Assembly (NCBI RefSeq): GCF_964213995.1
Contig: NC_135811.1
Location: forward strand, 77,500,001 to 77,564,000
Direction of reading: 5' to 3'
DNA: 64,000 nt
Source: Mustelus asterias
Taxonomy: Eukaryota
Shown: positions 37,301-51,000 of the stretch, piece by piece
Layout of the letters: every line of letters begins with the position of its first letter
How positions within the stretch are numbered: position 1 is the stretch's first letter
Notes under the pieces: generated by a model
Databases searched by the model: none
Told to the model about the DNA's origin: nothing
What the model saw: only the letters and a program-made list of their open reading frames with translations
Translations under genes and position numbers: made by a program

Positions 37301-37626
37301 TTTTTTTTTAATACTTTTCCAATTCAATCAGATCAAATCCAATTCAGAGTCTCAACAAGTTGAGACATTTCCGATCCAGGCTGACAAGACAGGGCGGGTG
37401 ACTAAGCCACCCTGTCCTGGGCCTGATCTACATGAGTCAAGCTGATTGGAGAAGTGGGAGGATCCTCCTCCAAGACTTGAGCTCATTTGCATCTTAGCCA
37501 AAAAGCCGAGATGCCGCTTTTAAAAATTGCTTCATATGAAGCCTCAGCATAACCTCATGACCTCAACCAAGTGCAGATCCGATACTACGCTTGATCTTAG
37601 CCAAAAGGCTGAGAAGCAACAAAGGT
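37301..37626 (-). mobile_element. U2 snRNA-headed short insertion (SINEU-like or derivative of a U2-targeting retroelement)
   Basis: Absent at the paralogous sites (about 16945 and 56515). 37581-37620 (-) matches U2 nt about 1-40; a second partial U2 head at about 37491-37514; A-rich 3' end. Confidence 0.75.
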
Positions 37627-39757
37627 ACTTATCAGTTTACCCTCTGTTAGAATCCTGCTTTAAAATGCCAGAAAATGACCTTTAAAAAGACAGGTCCATT
37701 TTCTGGTGAATCTGGGGTGCAATATTTATTTTCTTTTCAAATTCAAAAGTGACATTGCCAATCACTTTTTCACAGGTCTATTGTTATCTTGTCACCAAAG
37801 TGGCTCAATTTTGTTTCTGGAGCCTTATTGAAGGCCTGTAATAATTTACCCTGGGGTGAGGCCAATTTCGTGTTGGCCCATTTTTCAGTGTAATTGTTTT
37901 GCCAAAAGGCTTACATCCATGTGACACCCTCACTGGTCACAAAATATCTCAAAGCATTTGACTGCTGATGGAGTGCCTTAGAGGTACATTGTCTGTTGTA
38001 ATATAGGAAGCACTTGAGCCAATTTGTGCTTCATCCTCCCACAAACAGCACTCTGATAACAGACAGAGAACCCGGTTTAATGATATTGATTGTGGGTAAT
38101 TATCAGGTTGGCAATCCGGAATTAGTGGAATGCACCTCCTTCTTGTGTTCTTTTGTAATGCAATCATTATTTAACATGCAGATTTCCAGAAGGTGTAAAC
38201 CATGATACCACATGAGAGATTTTCATCCTCACGTTCCACATGTTCTCTTTCCTACCCAGAGACTGATGTCTACTCAGCTCATTGACTGATTTCCCAATCT
38301 GTACTCTGCCGCGTTTTAAAACTCTGTTCACATGGGCTGTTCACATGTTCATTAAAAGAACATTGAATACAGGAGTTGGGACATCTTGTTGAAGCTGTGC
38401 AAGACATTGGTAAGGCCACACTTGGAATGCTGTGTGCATTTCTGGTCACCCTATTATAGAAAGGATATTATTAAACTAGAAAGGGTGCAGAAAAGATTTA
38501 CTAGGATGCTACCGGGACTTGATGGATTGAGTTATAAGGAGAGGCTGAATAGACAGCGAGGCTGAGGGGTGACCTTATAGAGGTCTATAAAATAATGAGG
38601 GGCACAGACAAGGTAGATAGTCAATATCTTTTTCAAAAGGTAGGGGAGTCTAAAACTAGAGGACATAGGTTTAAAGTGAGAGGGGAGAGATACAAAAGTG
38701 TCCAAGGGGCAATTTATGCACACAGAGGGTGGTGAGTGTCTGGAACAAGCTGCCAGAGGTAGTAGTAGAGGCGGGTACAAATTTATCTTTTAAAAAGCAT
38801 TTAGATAGTTACATGGGTCCGATGGGTATAGAGGGATATGGGCCAAATGCGGGCAATTGGGGTTTGAAACAAAAGGGCGGCATGACAAGTTGAGCCAAAG
38901 GGCCTGTTTCCATGCTGTAAACCTCTATGACTCTATGACTCTATGCGTTGCATGTCACGGGAATGGTCGGTGTTTGTTGCCCATCCCTAATTGCCCTTAA
39001 TGGAGATAGCATGCTAGTCCACTTTAGAGGGCAGTTAAAAGGTAACCACATTATTGTGGTTCTGCAGCCACGTGTAGGCCAGGACAGGAATGGAGGGCAG
39101 ATTTCCTTTCCTTACAGACATGAGTGAATCAGCTGGGTTTTTCGGACAAATTCATAGAAATGAAAAAGAAACATAATTTCAACGAATGCGTATTACGAAA
39201 AACAATTTATTGTCAATATTAAATCCATAAAAACATGGTCTCATTCAGTATAAAAATTCCCAATGTGGAAAAACATTGTCTATTCCATAACTCTAAATAA
39301 ATATCAATAACTTAACATTTTTAAACTCATTTTACACATTGTGGAAACTGTCACATTTTGTTACACAAAGACATCACAATAATAAATATCAATAAATTAG
39401 GGTAGCTGAAATTGGTTGAAATGTTGTCCATTTAGGAGGGTAGAAATGGAAAGGTCAGCGTGGCTCTGGGTTTAATGTTCTGCAAACCCACTTCCTGAAA
39501 GCCTGACAGTACATTCCAAATCAGACTCTCCACACACTGAAAATGTAACGATACATCAGAGGAAAATAACACAGCCGTAAATATCAATAAATAAAAAATA
39601 AATAAAAATAAATAACCCAACAAGTCATCCATTTTTCTCTCATCATTAAAGTAAAGTATAAAATTCATTACAAATATCCAGAAATAAATATAGTTTTAAA
39701 TGAAAATTCTTTAAAATAAATATTCATTGTTCCCAGTCTGTAATAGAAAAGTCTTTT

Positions 39758-42540
39758 TCAGTTTCTTCTCCTGATTTGTGCCATTACGGAAGTCATCTGT
39801 TGTAATCGGGCCCTGGTCTCAGTGCGGATTATTTCCCAGGCACATTGACTGAATTTCTGAAAAAGAAAATTATTCAGGAAAATGGATTACAGAATGAATA
39901 GATTCCAATGGGGTGAATTAACGTACAATGCCAATAACCACACAGTCAATGATCAATGGTCCTACCTCCTGATTGAGAAACTTTTCCAGTTTCCTGAAGT
40001 AATTGTGAATGGTGAAGTTTCTCCTCATCTTGTGCTCTGACTCCTGTTTCCTGACACATTCTTCCAGCTCACTGAGCTGCCGATCCAGGATCAGCCGGAA
40101 ATGTTCTACCTTGTCTCGGGCCCATGTGACTGAGCCCAGATTCATGCTGTAGATCTTGTTGATGTGTCGCAGAGTTTGATGGACAATCTGGATCCTGTCC
40201 TGTGTCTATACAAAATATACACAATGTCATGAGAGAGATTCCATTCCCCATAAGGCATAGTATGATATAGGCCATAAACAAATAAGGCTAAAAATGTTCA
40301 AATGGAAAATGTTCACCTTCAGCAACTTAAAACGGGATCAGGCCTATGTGCATTGAAATCAAACATTGCTATTTCTTCCTACATAGCATGTGGGCATCAC
40401 CGGCAAAGCCAGAATTTGTTGCTCATCCCTAATTGTATTTGACATGAATATTTCAGGTAACATTTAAGAGTCAACCACATGATTGTGGGTTTGCAGTCAC
40501 TTGCAGGCCAGCCCAAGTAAGGAGAGCAAGTTCTCTTTCCTTAAAGGTCATTAATGAACCACATGAATCTTTACAAGAATCTATGGCAGTCCCATTGCTG
40601 AGACTAGCTGTATTTCCAGATTTATGAATTGAGCATGAATTCGACTGGCTGCCCTGGTGGAAATTGAACAAAAGTTCCCAGAGCATAACACTAGGCCTCC
40701 AGTGGCATGAGCACTGTGCCACTATTACCTCCTAAATATTATTGGGTCAATAATAATTGCAAATAACCAATGGGAGTTTTTAAAAATTGGAGATGTTTTG
40801 GATACAGACTGGACTCCTTTCGATGAAGCAGAGAGGCCAGAGGTCATCCGATTTACAATAAAATTTAGACTCTTTGTTCAGTATAGAACCAAGCTGAATG
40901 CAGACGATACACACCAAAATTATCAAAAGAAATGAAGGGTGTATACGGTTCATGAGAATTAATGAGAGGTATCATGAAGGGGAAGCTAAAAATGGGTCAT
41001 AAGAATATACAGAATGTGGAGATGCCGGTATTGGACAAGGGAGGAGAAGATACGAGTCCAAGGTGTTTATTTGAAAACCGTAATTTGAATTTGGCTCCAG
41101 TTGAAAAGAAAATGCTTCACATGTTACAGTAAAGGGAGAAGTAGTAAAGAAATTGGATGGGATAAAACTCGATAAAAAGGGGGTATCACTGTGGCTGTGC
41201 AACTGGGAATGTTGCTGCTTGTCCTCAATGCACCTGTCAAAAGTCCAGGATCAAAGAGGGACGATATTTCTAAGGTGAGTAAGACTTGGATGGAAGTGCT
41301 GGAGAGGTAAGGATTGTAGGAGATCTGGGAACATGGTCAGAAGCATAAGGTTGTTGTTCTTCCATCACATCTTGCACTGCAATGATGCCGGGTCACTTGA
41401 CCAGTCCAGTACTGCCTTTGAATGAGTGACATACCCACAATTCCACCTGACCCCACCTACAATACTAGCAACCTGGAAGCAAACCGACAACATGACTTTC
41501 TGGATTCCCACTTGCCGAATCCCCTGATTCCTACTGGTTGTGTAAAGATGTCAGTGGGGATAAGTCCCTTATATGGGCATTAAATCTGTGTCTCCAAGAC
41601 CCTCCAACATCAGTTAATGGGAACAGTTTTCCCTTGACTGCCCTTCGGAAACAGCCATAATCCTGAAATATTCTGCACTCAGGCTGTTTCCCAAACATGT
41701 AATGTACATTGTTAACGCAAGGGATATTTCAATTCCATTGAGTCACATAAGAGTCACATAAGAGTCACACGCTGCATGGAGGCATGTTGAATTTCATTGC
41801 ACTTTCTATCATTTTGAAGTTGAAATGTTTTGTAATACTCTTCTGCAAATGTTATGAACAATTCATATTTTTGTGGTGAAAGTTAGTGATCAGAAGAATG
41901 AAAGTGTAAGGGACAGGGAGATACAGAAAATACAATAGTTCGCGGGCATCTGATCAATCGAACAAGAGGGCTTATTGGAGAGGAAGGAATGGTTAGAGGG
42001 ACGGATATAATTTCAGGGGGTTCGAGATAGAGATAGTAAGTGCGGTAACAGTGAAATTACGGAGTGAGTGAAGTACAGAGTGAAATACAATGACAGAGAA
42101 TTCTGCCATTGTCACAATGGGTGTAAATCACACGATTGAAAATTCTTGCAGTTGCCAGTTCCGATCAGATTGTTGATCTAACTTTCTATAAAACCTCTGT
42201 CGAAATAAAATGAACCGAGATTTTACTCACCTCTAATCCCTTCGAAAGTTTCACCAGGTCCAAGGGCTTGGATTTCAGGAAGTGTCTCTGTTTTATGCAG
42301 TGTTGGGGAAAGGAGCCACCCTGAGAGGAGAAAAAATATAATTAATTATAAATCCCCAGAAATGTCCCCTGATTTGACATTTCACACGCTGCTCAGAATG
42401 CAGCTTTAACTCACCATTTGATTGAGTTTGCTGAGTGTGTTGAGAACTTGCTGTAACTGCAGCCTCTCACAGCCCAGACTGAGGGTCCCGGACAAGAAGA
42501 GCGACACCATCCAAAATCTCCAAATACTCGCCAATGTCAT
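39758..42540 (-). CDS. Type I interferon gene 4 (array, flank type A), 184 aa from the proximal exon 1
   Basis: Exons 42415-42540 (126 nt; in-frame 6-nt loss in a CA run), 42231-42320, 39966-40205, 39758-39856. Intact splice sites. Confidence 0.92.
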
Positions 42541-44107
42541 GACCAACCGGGTCAGAGTGAAACCCCCGAACTGAAGATAAGACACCGGCCGGATCCGGCT
42601 TCAACTCCGAACAATTATTTTCAAACGAATGAAAATCTAAATAGTTCCGCTTCTGAACCCCGAGTGAACCGCTGAGCTGTTCAGTTCTCTTTCCGTGTGT
42701 CTGTCTCTCTCTCTCTGTGTACCCGTGTATATATGTGGACTGTGCTGGGAGGGACTGTCCCTGCCATGCTGTCGCAGGGGCCGGTGATTACATTGGAAAA
42801 GTGAAATCTGGTAGCGGGAGTTTTGGAAGTTCTTTAGGAGAGGAATATTTAATCTGCTCCCTGTCTGAGGTAAGGAATCGGAAAGCTGGAGTTTCCGGAA
42901 CCAGGGACTGGAAGATCCCCGAGAGAAAACTCACAAACAGCGCTCGGTTCCAGCTCAAAGTTCCAACAATCGGAATCAATATTATTAATATCCATTTTGT
43001 AAAAACAGATTATTGCCTTTAAATTGATCGGATTCACATTAAGGGGACAAGAAAAATTGCGGTTGGTCAGATTGTTGGAGTTTGAGGCTGTTCTTCTTGA
43101 GTTCGCTGCCCGAATGCGGGCCCAACCCATTTTCCAACAAGAGCTCCATAAGGTGATTATTACATTCAGAAATGACACTCAATGTGCCCGTGACACAGGT
43201 AATCTCTCCCTCCTCCTTGTCGCTCTGTCCGCAGCCTTTGACATGGGCGCGCAGACCATCATCATTCAACTCTCTCCCCCACGGTGCCACTGATTGGGAG
43301 AACTCTCTCTGCCTCTCATTCTGACTGAAGTCATTGTACCCTGAGAATATCCAGAATCGCATCCTTTCTCCCCCACACTCCACCACGCACCTCACCTTTC
43401 AGCCTCTGCTGTCCATGAGGATCTGTCCCTGCTCCCTTTTCTAATTCTCATCTCCCAGCTGCCCCATGGGGACATCACTCACCATTTACCCATCACCCCT
43501 GTGCTGGTTGAATTATGTTGGCTCCTGCTTCAGGAATGCCTTGATTTTAAAAATCTCACCCTCATTTTCAAACTCCGCCAGTCCCTCATCCCTCCCTATC
43601 TCTGTAATCACCTGCAGCCGCGAATCCCTACGAGATATCTGCTCTGCTCCAATTCTGGCCTCTCCAGAATTCTCCATTTTATTTCACCCACCATGGGTGG
43701 TGTCTCTTCAGCTGCTCAACCCTCAACCTCTGTAATTTCTGCCCTAAACCTCTCCGCCTCCCTTTACTCCATTAAAACGCTCCTTAAAATCAACTTCATT
43801 CATCAAGTTATTGCTCACCTGCCTCAGTATCTCCTCGTCTGACTGGCTATCCAATGTTTCTGTATAACTGTGAATCACTTTGAACCATCAATCTCTCTCT
43901 ATAATGATGAGTGCTTGTTACTGATGGGCTGTCTCTGATTTCCCCCCTCTCAGGCTCACATTCCCCTTTATCCGTCACTCAGTCCCCTTCTCCTCAATTT
44001 CTGCTTTCTATTTCTCTCTCAGATCAGAGTTGCTCCTTCAAACAGATTCAGATTCAATCTCTCCCGGTCCCTCTCTCCCCTCAATATCATTCCCAGTTCC
44101 AACTCAC

Positions 44108-44239
44108 CATTTGATTGAGTTTGCTGAGTGTGTGTTTGTTGAGAACTTGCTGTAACTGCAGCCTCTCGCAGCCCAGACTGAGGGTCCCGGACAAGAAGAG
44201 CGACACCATCCAAAATCTCCAAATACTCGCCAAGGCCAT
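44108..44239 (-). CDS. Distal alternative exon 1 (promoter B) of IFN gene 4
   Basis: 132 nt intact signal-peptide exon with phase-0 donor. Confidence 0.75.
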
Positions 44240-47200
44240 GACCAACCGAGTCAGAGGGAAAGCCCGATGTGGAAGAGGAGAAACCGGCGGCTTTGGTGGT
44301 TCAGCGGCGAGAACGGTTCTTGCGAAGAGAATTCAAGTCGGGAAGTGGAATTGGAGCCGCTTGTGATCCGGGAGCGAGCGCCTGTGTTGCCGAATGGTGT
44401 GAGTGTGGATTCTGCTGCGAGCTGGCACTGGCACTGCCAGGCTGCCCGCTTTAATGTGCGCCCATTACATTGCAAAAGTGAAAATGGGCTGCAGGAGTTT
44501 TGGGAGAGCTGCGGGAGATCAGTAGTTTGTGCGGTTTCTGTGTGAGGTCAGGAATGGGAAAGCTGGAGACTCCCGAAGCAGCGACTGAGAAATCCCCGGG
44601 AGAAAATCACAAGCAGCGCTCGGTTGCAGCTCAGTGTTGTGTGCGCTTCACATCACCCGAGAGCGGCGTCTTTTAGAGCGGGCATTCGGCCCCATTCCCT
44701 CTGCTATCCCCGCTGTGTTCACATCGCGTTTGTCCTGTTCACACTTCCCAGCTTGAACATTGCAGAGAGACCGGCTCAGAGCCCAGGCTCGCCGCTTAAT
44801 GGAGACTGACTCCGCTCCCATTGAGCTGCCCCACAATCTGCTCTTTAACTGCAAGAAGTTGCTCATTTCTCGCTTCTTTTCTGCAGCCATTTCCAGACTC
44901 TGACTGAGAGAATATTGAATCTGTTCCGATTCTGAGTGGGAAAGTGATCCCGCTCCCTTTCCTTTCGCCCCGTTTGTTTCTCCTCTCTGTCCCGGGAAAG
45001 TGTCCGCCTCACTTTCTCTCTGGAAATGAGCCTTGTGTCAGTTTGTGCCGAAAGCGAAAGTGCCTCAGGGAAAGTGAGGCGTTTTGTCATTTCCGACAGT
45101 GGGGAGAGTTTGTGAAGAGAGCGGCTCACACTGAGAGGGCTGAGGCGAGGGGCTGCCAAAGGTTTTCTGATATCCGGGATTATCCCCCCGTTCCACTGGG
45201 AATGGCACCGAATCCCTGTCAGATGCAACTGGGATCCGAATCTTCAGTCCGGGTGTCGGTGGGAGTGAGATCCCACAGAACCAACTGTATCATGGAATCC
45301 TAGAGTGCAGAAGGAGGCTATTCGGCCCAAAGCGTCTTCTCGCCGATCACAATCCCACCCTATTCCGTAACCCCACATATTTACCCTGCTACTCGCCTTG
45401 ACACTAGGGTTAATTCAGCACGGCCAATCCATCGAACCTGCATATCTTTGGACCGTGAGGGGAAACCGGAGCACCCGGAGGAAACCCACGCAGACGCGGG
45501 GAGAATGTGCACACTCCACACATTGAGCCGAGGCTGGAATTGAACCCGTGTCCCTGGTGCAGTGACGCAGCAGTGCTAACCACTGTGCCACCTTGCCACC
45601 CCTTTCTGTAGACAGGAGGCACAATGCAATTTATAATAATGCTGACAGGAGTAAATGAATGGTAAATAAAACTGTCGGAATTGTAAAGGAGGGTCAGGAA
45701 TCTCGAGGAAGAATTTTACAAACAACATTAGCCAGAAACATGTCCGGAAATAACAAGACCTATGGCAGCATGTCCACCTTCACCAGGTAAAAATCTCCGC
45801 TCCATTCACAGATACCTGGTCCAATTTGGGTTTTTTTAATGCTTTCATGAGATATGAGCGACTCTGCAGGGCTAACATTTGTTGCTCATCCCTAATTGCC
45901 CTTCAGAAGGTGATGGTTAGCCGTTTTTTTTTAACTTGCTGCTGTCCTTGTGAAGCAAATACAACTACAGATGTGTTGCGAAGTGAGTTCCAGGATTTTT
46001 GTCCAGAGACAGTGAAGGAACGGTGACGTGGTCCCATGTCGGCATGTTGGGTTACTTGAAGGTGAACTTACCGGTTGTGTTGTTAACATGCGTCTGTTAC
46101 CCTTGATTTTCTGGGGGTGGAGGTGGTGAGTTTGGAAGGTGCTGTTGAAGGAGCCTGAGTGGGTTGCTGCAGTCAATCTTGTAGATGGGACACACTGCTG
46201 CCACTGTGCGGCGGTGGTACGGAAGGCAATGTTAAGTTGGTGAAAGGGGTGCAGGCTTCCGGGTATAGATATTATTCAATGAGTGGAGATTTCATGCTAT
46301 GTAGAAATTACAGACAATTGTACAGCGGTTTCTTTATCCTCACTTTTGACCCTTTCCGCCTCCATCACCCCAACAAAATTGAGAAGCATTTGCTCAACTT
46401 GCTGCTCCAATTTAATTGCCAATTACCAAATGTGACATCGGCCATGGAGCAGCACAACGGGACGGCATATTTAAATTCAATTTTTAACAAATACATTAAA
46501 CTATTAATTTATGCATTTCTGCTCTTAATTTGGTGCAGATTAACTCATTCACAGATACCTGTTGACCCAAACTATAGATATTTTCATGAATTTATCAGTT
46601 TACCTTCTGTTAGAATCCTGCTTTAAAATGACTGAAAATGACCTTTAAAAAGACAGGTCCATTTTCTGGTGAATCTGGGGTGCAATATTTACTTTCTTTT
46701 CAAATTCACAAGTTACATTGCCCATCAATCTTTCACAGGTCTATTGCTGTCCTCACACCAAAATGACTCAATTTTGTTCTGGAGCCTTATTGAAGGACAG
46801 TAAATAATTTCAATGGTGAACAATTTACCCTGGGGTGAGGCCAGTTTTGTGTTGGCCCCGTTTTCAGTATAATTGTTTTGCAAAAAGGCTTACATCCATG
46901 TGACACCCTCACTGGTCACAGAATATCTCAAAGAATTTGACAGCTGATGGAGTGCCTTTCAGGTACATTGACTGTTGTAATATAGGAAACACATGAGCCA
47001 ATTTGTGCTTCATACTCCCACAAACAGCACTCTGATAGCGAACAGAGAACCTGGTTTAATGATATTGATTGTGGGTAATTATCAGGTTGGCATTAGTGGA
47101 TTGCTCCTCCTCCTTGAGTTCTTTTGTAATGTAATCATTATGTAACATGCAAATTTCCAGAAGGTGTCAACCATGATACCACATGAGAGATTTTCATCCT

Positions 47201-48075
47201 GACATTCCACATATTCTCTTTCCTACCCAGAGACTGATGACTCCTCAGCCCATTGACTGATTTCCCAATCTGTACTCTGCAGGTTTTAAAAGTTTGTTCA
47301 CATGGGTTGCATGTCACGGGAATGGTCGGTGTTTGTTGCCCATCCCTAATTGCCCTTAAAGGAGATCGCATGCTTGGCCACTTTAGAGGGCAGTTAAAAG
47401 GTAATCACATTGTTGTGGTTCTACAGCCATGTGTAGGCCAGAACAGGTATCGAGGGCAGATTTCCTTTCCTTACAGACATGAGTGAATCAGATGGGTTTT
47501 TGGGCAAATTCACAGAAATAAATAAGAAACATAATTTCAACAAATGTGTATTATTAAAAACAATTTATTGTAAATATTAAATACATATAAACATGGTTTC
47601 AGTATAAAAATTGCCTGCGTGGAAAAACATTGTCTATTCCATAACTCTAAATAAATATCAATAACTTAACATTTTTAAACTCATTTTACACATTGTGGAA
47701 ACTGTCACAGTTTGTTACACAAAGACATCACAACAATAAATATCAATAAATTAGAGTAGCTGAAATTGGTTGAAATGTTGTCCATTTAGGAGGGCATAAA
47801 TGGAAAGGTCAACATGGCTCTGGGTTTATTGGTTTGCAAACCCACTTCCTGAAAGCCTGACAGTACATTCAAAATCAGAGGGAAATAACACAGCCGTAAA
47901 TATCAATAAATAAAATAACAATAAAAATAAATAACCTAACAAGCCACCCATTGTTCTCCCATCATTAATGTAAAGTATAAAATTCATTACAAGTATCCAT
48001 AAATAAATATAGTTTTAAATGAAAATTCTTTCAAATAAATATTCATTGTTCCCAGTCTGTAATAGAAAAGTTTTT

Positions 48076-51000
48076 TCACTTTCTTCTCCTGATTTGTGCC
48101 ATTACGGAAGTCATCTGTTGTAATCGGGCCCTGGTCTCAGTGCGGATTATTTCCCAGGCACATTGACTGAATTTCTGAAAAAGAAAATTATTCAGGAAAA
48201 TGGATTACAGAATGAATAGATTCCAAGAGGGTGAATTAATGTACATGCCAATAACCACACAGTCAATCATCAATGGTCCTACCTCCTGATTGAGGAACTT
48301 TTCCAGTTTCCTGAAGTAATTGTGAATGGTGAAGTTTCTCCTCATCTTGTGCTCTGACTCCTGTTTCCTGACACATTCTTCCAGCTCACTGAGCTGCCGA
48401 TCCAGGATCAGCCGGAAATGTTCCACCTTGTCTCGGTCCCATGTGACTGAGCCCAGATTCATGCTGTAGATCTTGTTGATGTGTCGCAGAGTTTGATGGA
48501 CAATCTGGATCCTGTCCTGTGTCTATACAAAATATACACAATGTAATTAGAGAGACTCCATTCCCCATAAGGCATCGTATGATATAGGCCACAAACAAAT
48601 AAGGCTAAAAATGTTCAAATGGAAAATGTTCACCTTCAGCGTCTATGTGTATTGGAATCCCCACATGGCAGGTTGGTTAAGAAGGTTAAGGCTCATGGGA
48701 TAGAAGGAGAAGTGGCTAGATGGGTGGAGAACTGGCTTGGCCATAGGAGACAGAGGGTAGTGGTCGAAGGGTCTTTTTCCGCCTGGAGGTCTGTGACCAG
48801 TGGTGTTCCGCAGGGCTCTGTACTGGGACCTCTGCTATTTATGATATAAATGATTTGGAAGAAGGTGTAACTGGTGAAATCAGCAAGTTTGCGGATGGCA
48901 CAAAGATGGCTGGACTTGCGGATAGCGAAGAGCATTGTCGGGCAATACAGCAGGATATAGATAGGCTGGAAAATTGGGCGGAGAGGTGGCAGATGGAGTT
49001 TAATCCGGATAAATGCGAAGTGATGCATTTTGGAAGAAATAATGTAGGGAGGAGTTATACAATAAATGGCAGAGTCATCAGGAGTATAGAAACACAGAGG
49101 GACCTAGGTGTGCAAGTCCACAAATCCTTGAAGGTGGCAACACAGGTGGAGAAGGTGGTGAAGAAGGCATATGGTATGCTTGCCTTTATAGGACGGGGTA
49201 TAGAGTATAAAAGCTGGAGTCTGATGATGCAGCTGTATAGAATGCTGGTTAGGCCACATTTGGAGTACTGCATCCAGTTCTGGTCGCCGCACTACCAGAA
49301 GGACGTGGAGGCGTTAGAGAGAGTGCAGAGAAGGTTTACCAGGATGTTGCCTGGTATGGAGGGTCTTAGCTATGAGGAGAGATTGGGTAAACTGGGGTTG
49401 TTCTCACTGGAAAGACGGAGAATGAGGGGCGATCTAATAGAGGTGTACAAGATTATGAAGGGGATAGATAGGGTGAACGGTGGGAAGCTTTTTCCCAGAG
49501 CAGAAGTGACGATCACGAGGGGTCACGGGCTCAAGGTGAGAGGGGCGAAGTATAACTCAGATATTAGAGGGATGTTTTTTACACAGAGGGTGGTGGGGGC
49601 CTGGAATGCGCTGCCAAGTAGGGTGGTGGAGGCAGGCACGCTGACATCGTTTAAGACTTACCTGGATAGTCACAAGAGCAGCCTGGGAATGGAGGGATAC
49701 AAACGATTGGTCTAGTTGGACCAAGGAGCGGCACATGCTTGGAGGGCCGAAGGGCCTGTTTCCTGTGCTGTACTGTTCTTTGTTCTTTGTTCTTTGAATC
49801 AAAGATTGCTATTTCTTTCTTCATGGGATGTGGACATCACTGGCAAAGCCAGAATTTGTTGCTCATCCCTAATTGTATTTGACATGAATATTTCAGGTAA
49901 TATTTAAGAGTCAACCACATGATTGTGGGTTTGCAGTCACTTGTAGGCCAGACCGAGTAAGAACAGATGGTTTTCTTTCCTTGAAGGTTATTAATGAACC
50001 AGATGGATCTTTACAACAACCTATGACAGTCCCATTGCTGGGAATAGCTATATTTGCAGATTTATGAATTGGGCATGAATTCGATTGGCTGCCCTGGTGG
50101 AAATTGAACTAAAGTTCCCAGAGCATAACACCAGGCCTCGGGATTATTAGTCCAGTGGCATGAGCACTGTGCCACTATTACCTCCTAAATATTATTGGGT
50201 CAATAATAATTGCAAATAAGCAATGGGAGTTTTAAAAATGGAGATGTGTTGGATATAAATTGGGTTCCTTTCGATGAAGCAGAGAAGCCAGAGGCCATCC
50301 GATTTATAATGAACATTTGACTCTTTGTTCAGTATAGAACCAAGCTGGATGCAGACCATATAAACCAAAATTATGAAAAGAAATGAGGGGTGAATACGGT
50401 GCATGAGAATTAATGAGAAGTATCATGAAGGGGAAGCTAAAAATGGGTCATAAGAATATAAAGAATGTGGAGATGCTGCTTTTGGACTAGGGAGGAGAAG
50501 ATGAGAGTCCAAGACGTCTATTTCAAATCAATGATTTGAATTTGGCTTCAGTTCAGAAGGAGATGCTTCAAATGTTACAGTAAAGGGAGAACTAGTAAAG
50601 AAATTGGATGGGATAAAAATCGATAAAAAGGGGGTATCACTGTGGCGGTGCAACTGGGAATGTTGCTGCTTGTCCTCAATGCACCTGTCAAAAGTCCAGG
50701 ATCAAAGAGGGACGACATTTCTCAGGTGAGTAAGACTTGGATGGAAGTGCTGGAGAGGTGAGGATTGTCAGAGATATGGGAACATGGTCAGAAGCATAAG
50801 GTTGTTGTTCTTCCATCACATCCTGCACTGCACCAGATGCCGGTCACTTGATCAGTCCAGTACTGCCTTTGAATGAAAGACATACTCACAACTGCTCCTG
50901 ACCCCACCTACAATACTAGCAACCTGGAAGCAAACCGACAAGATGACTTTCTGGATTCCCATTTGCTGAATCCCCTGATTCCTATTGGTTGTGTAAAGTT

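Noticed and set aside
37581-37620. Functional U2 snRNA gene
   Set aside because: Only about 40 nt of U2 with mismatches; no Sm site or 3' stems.
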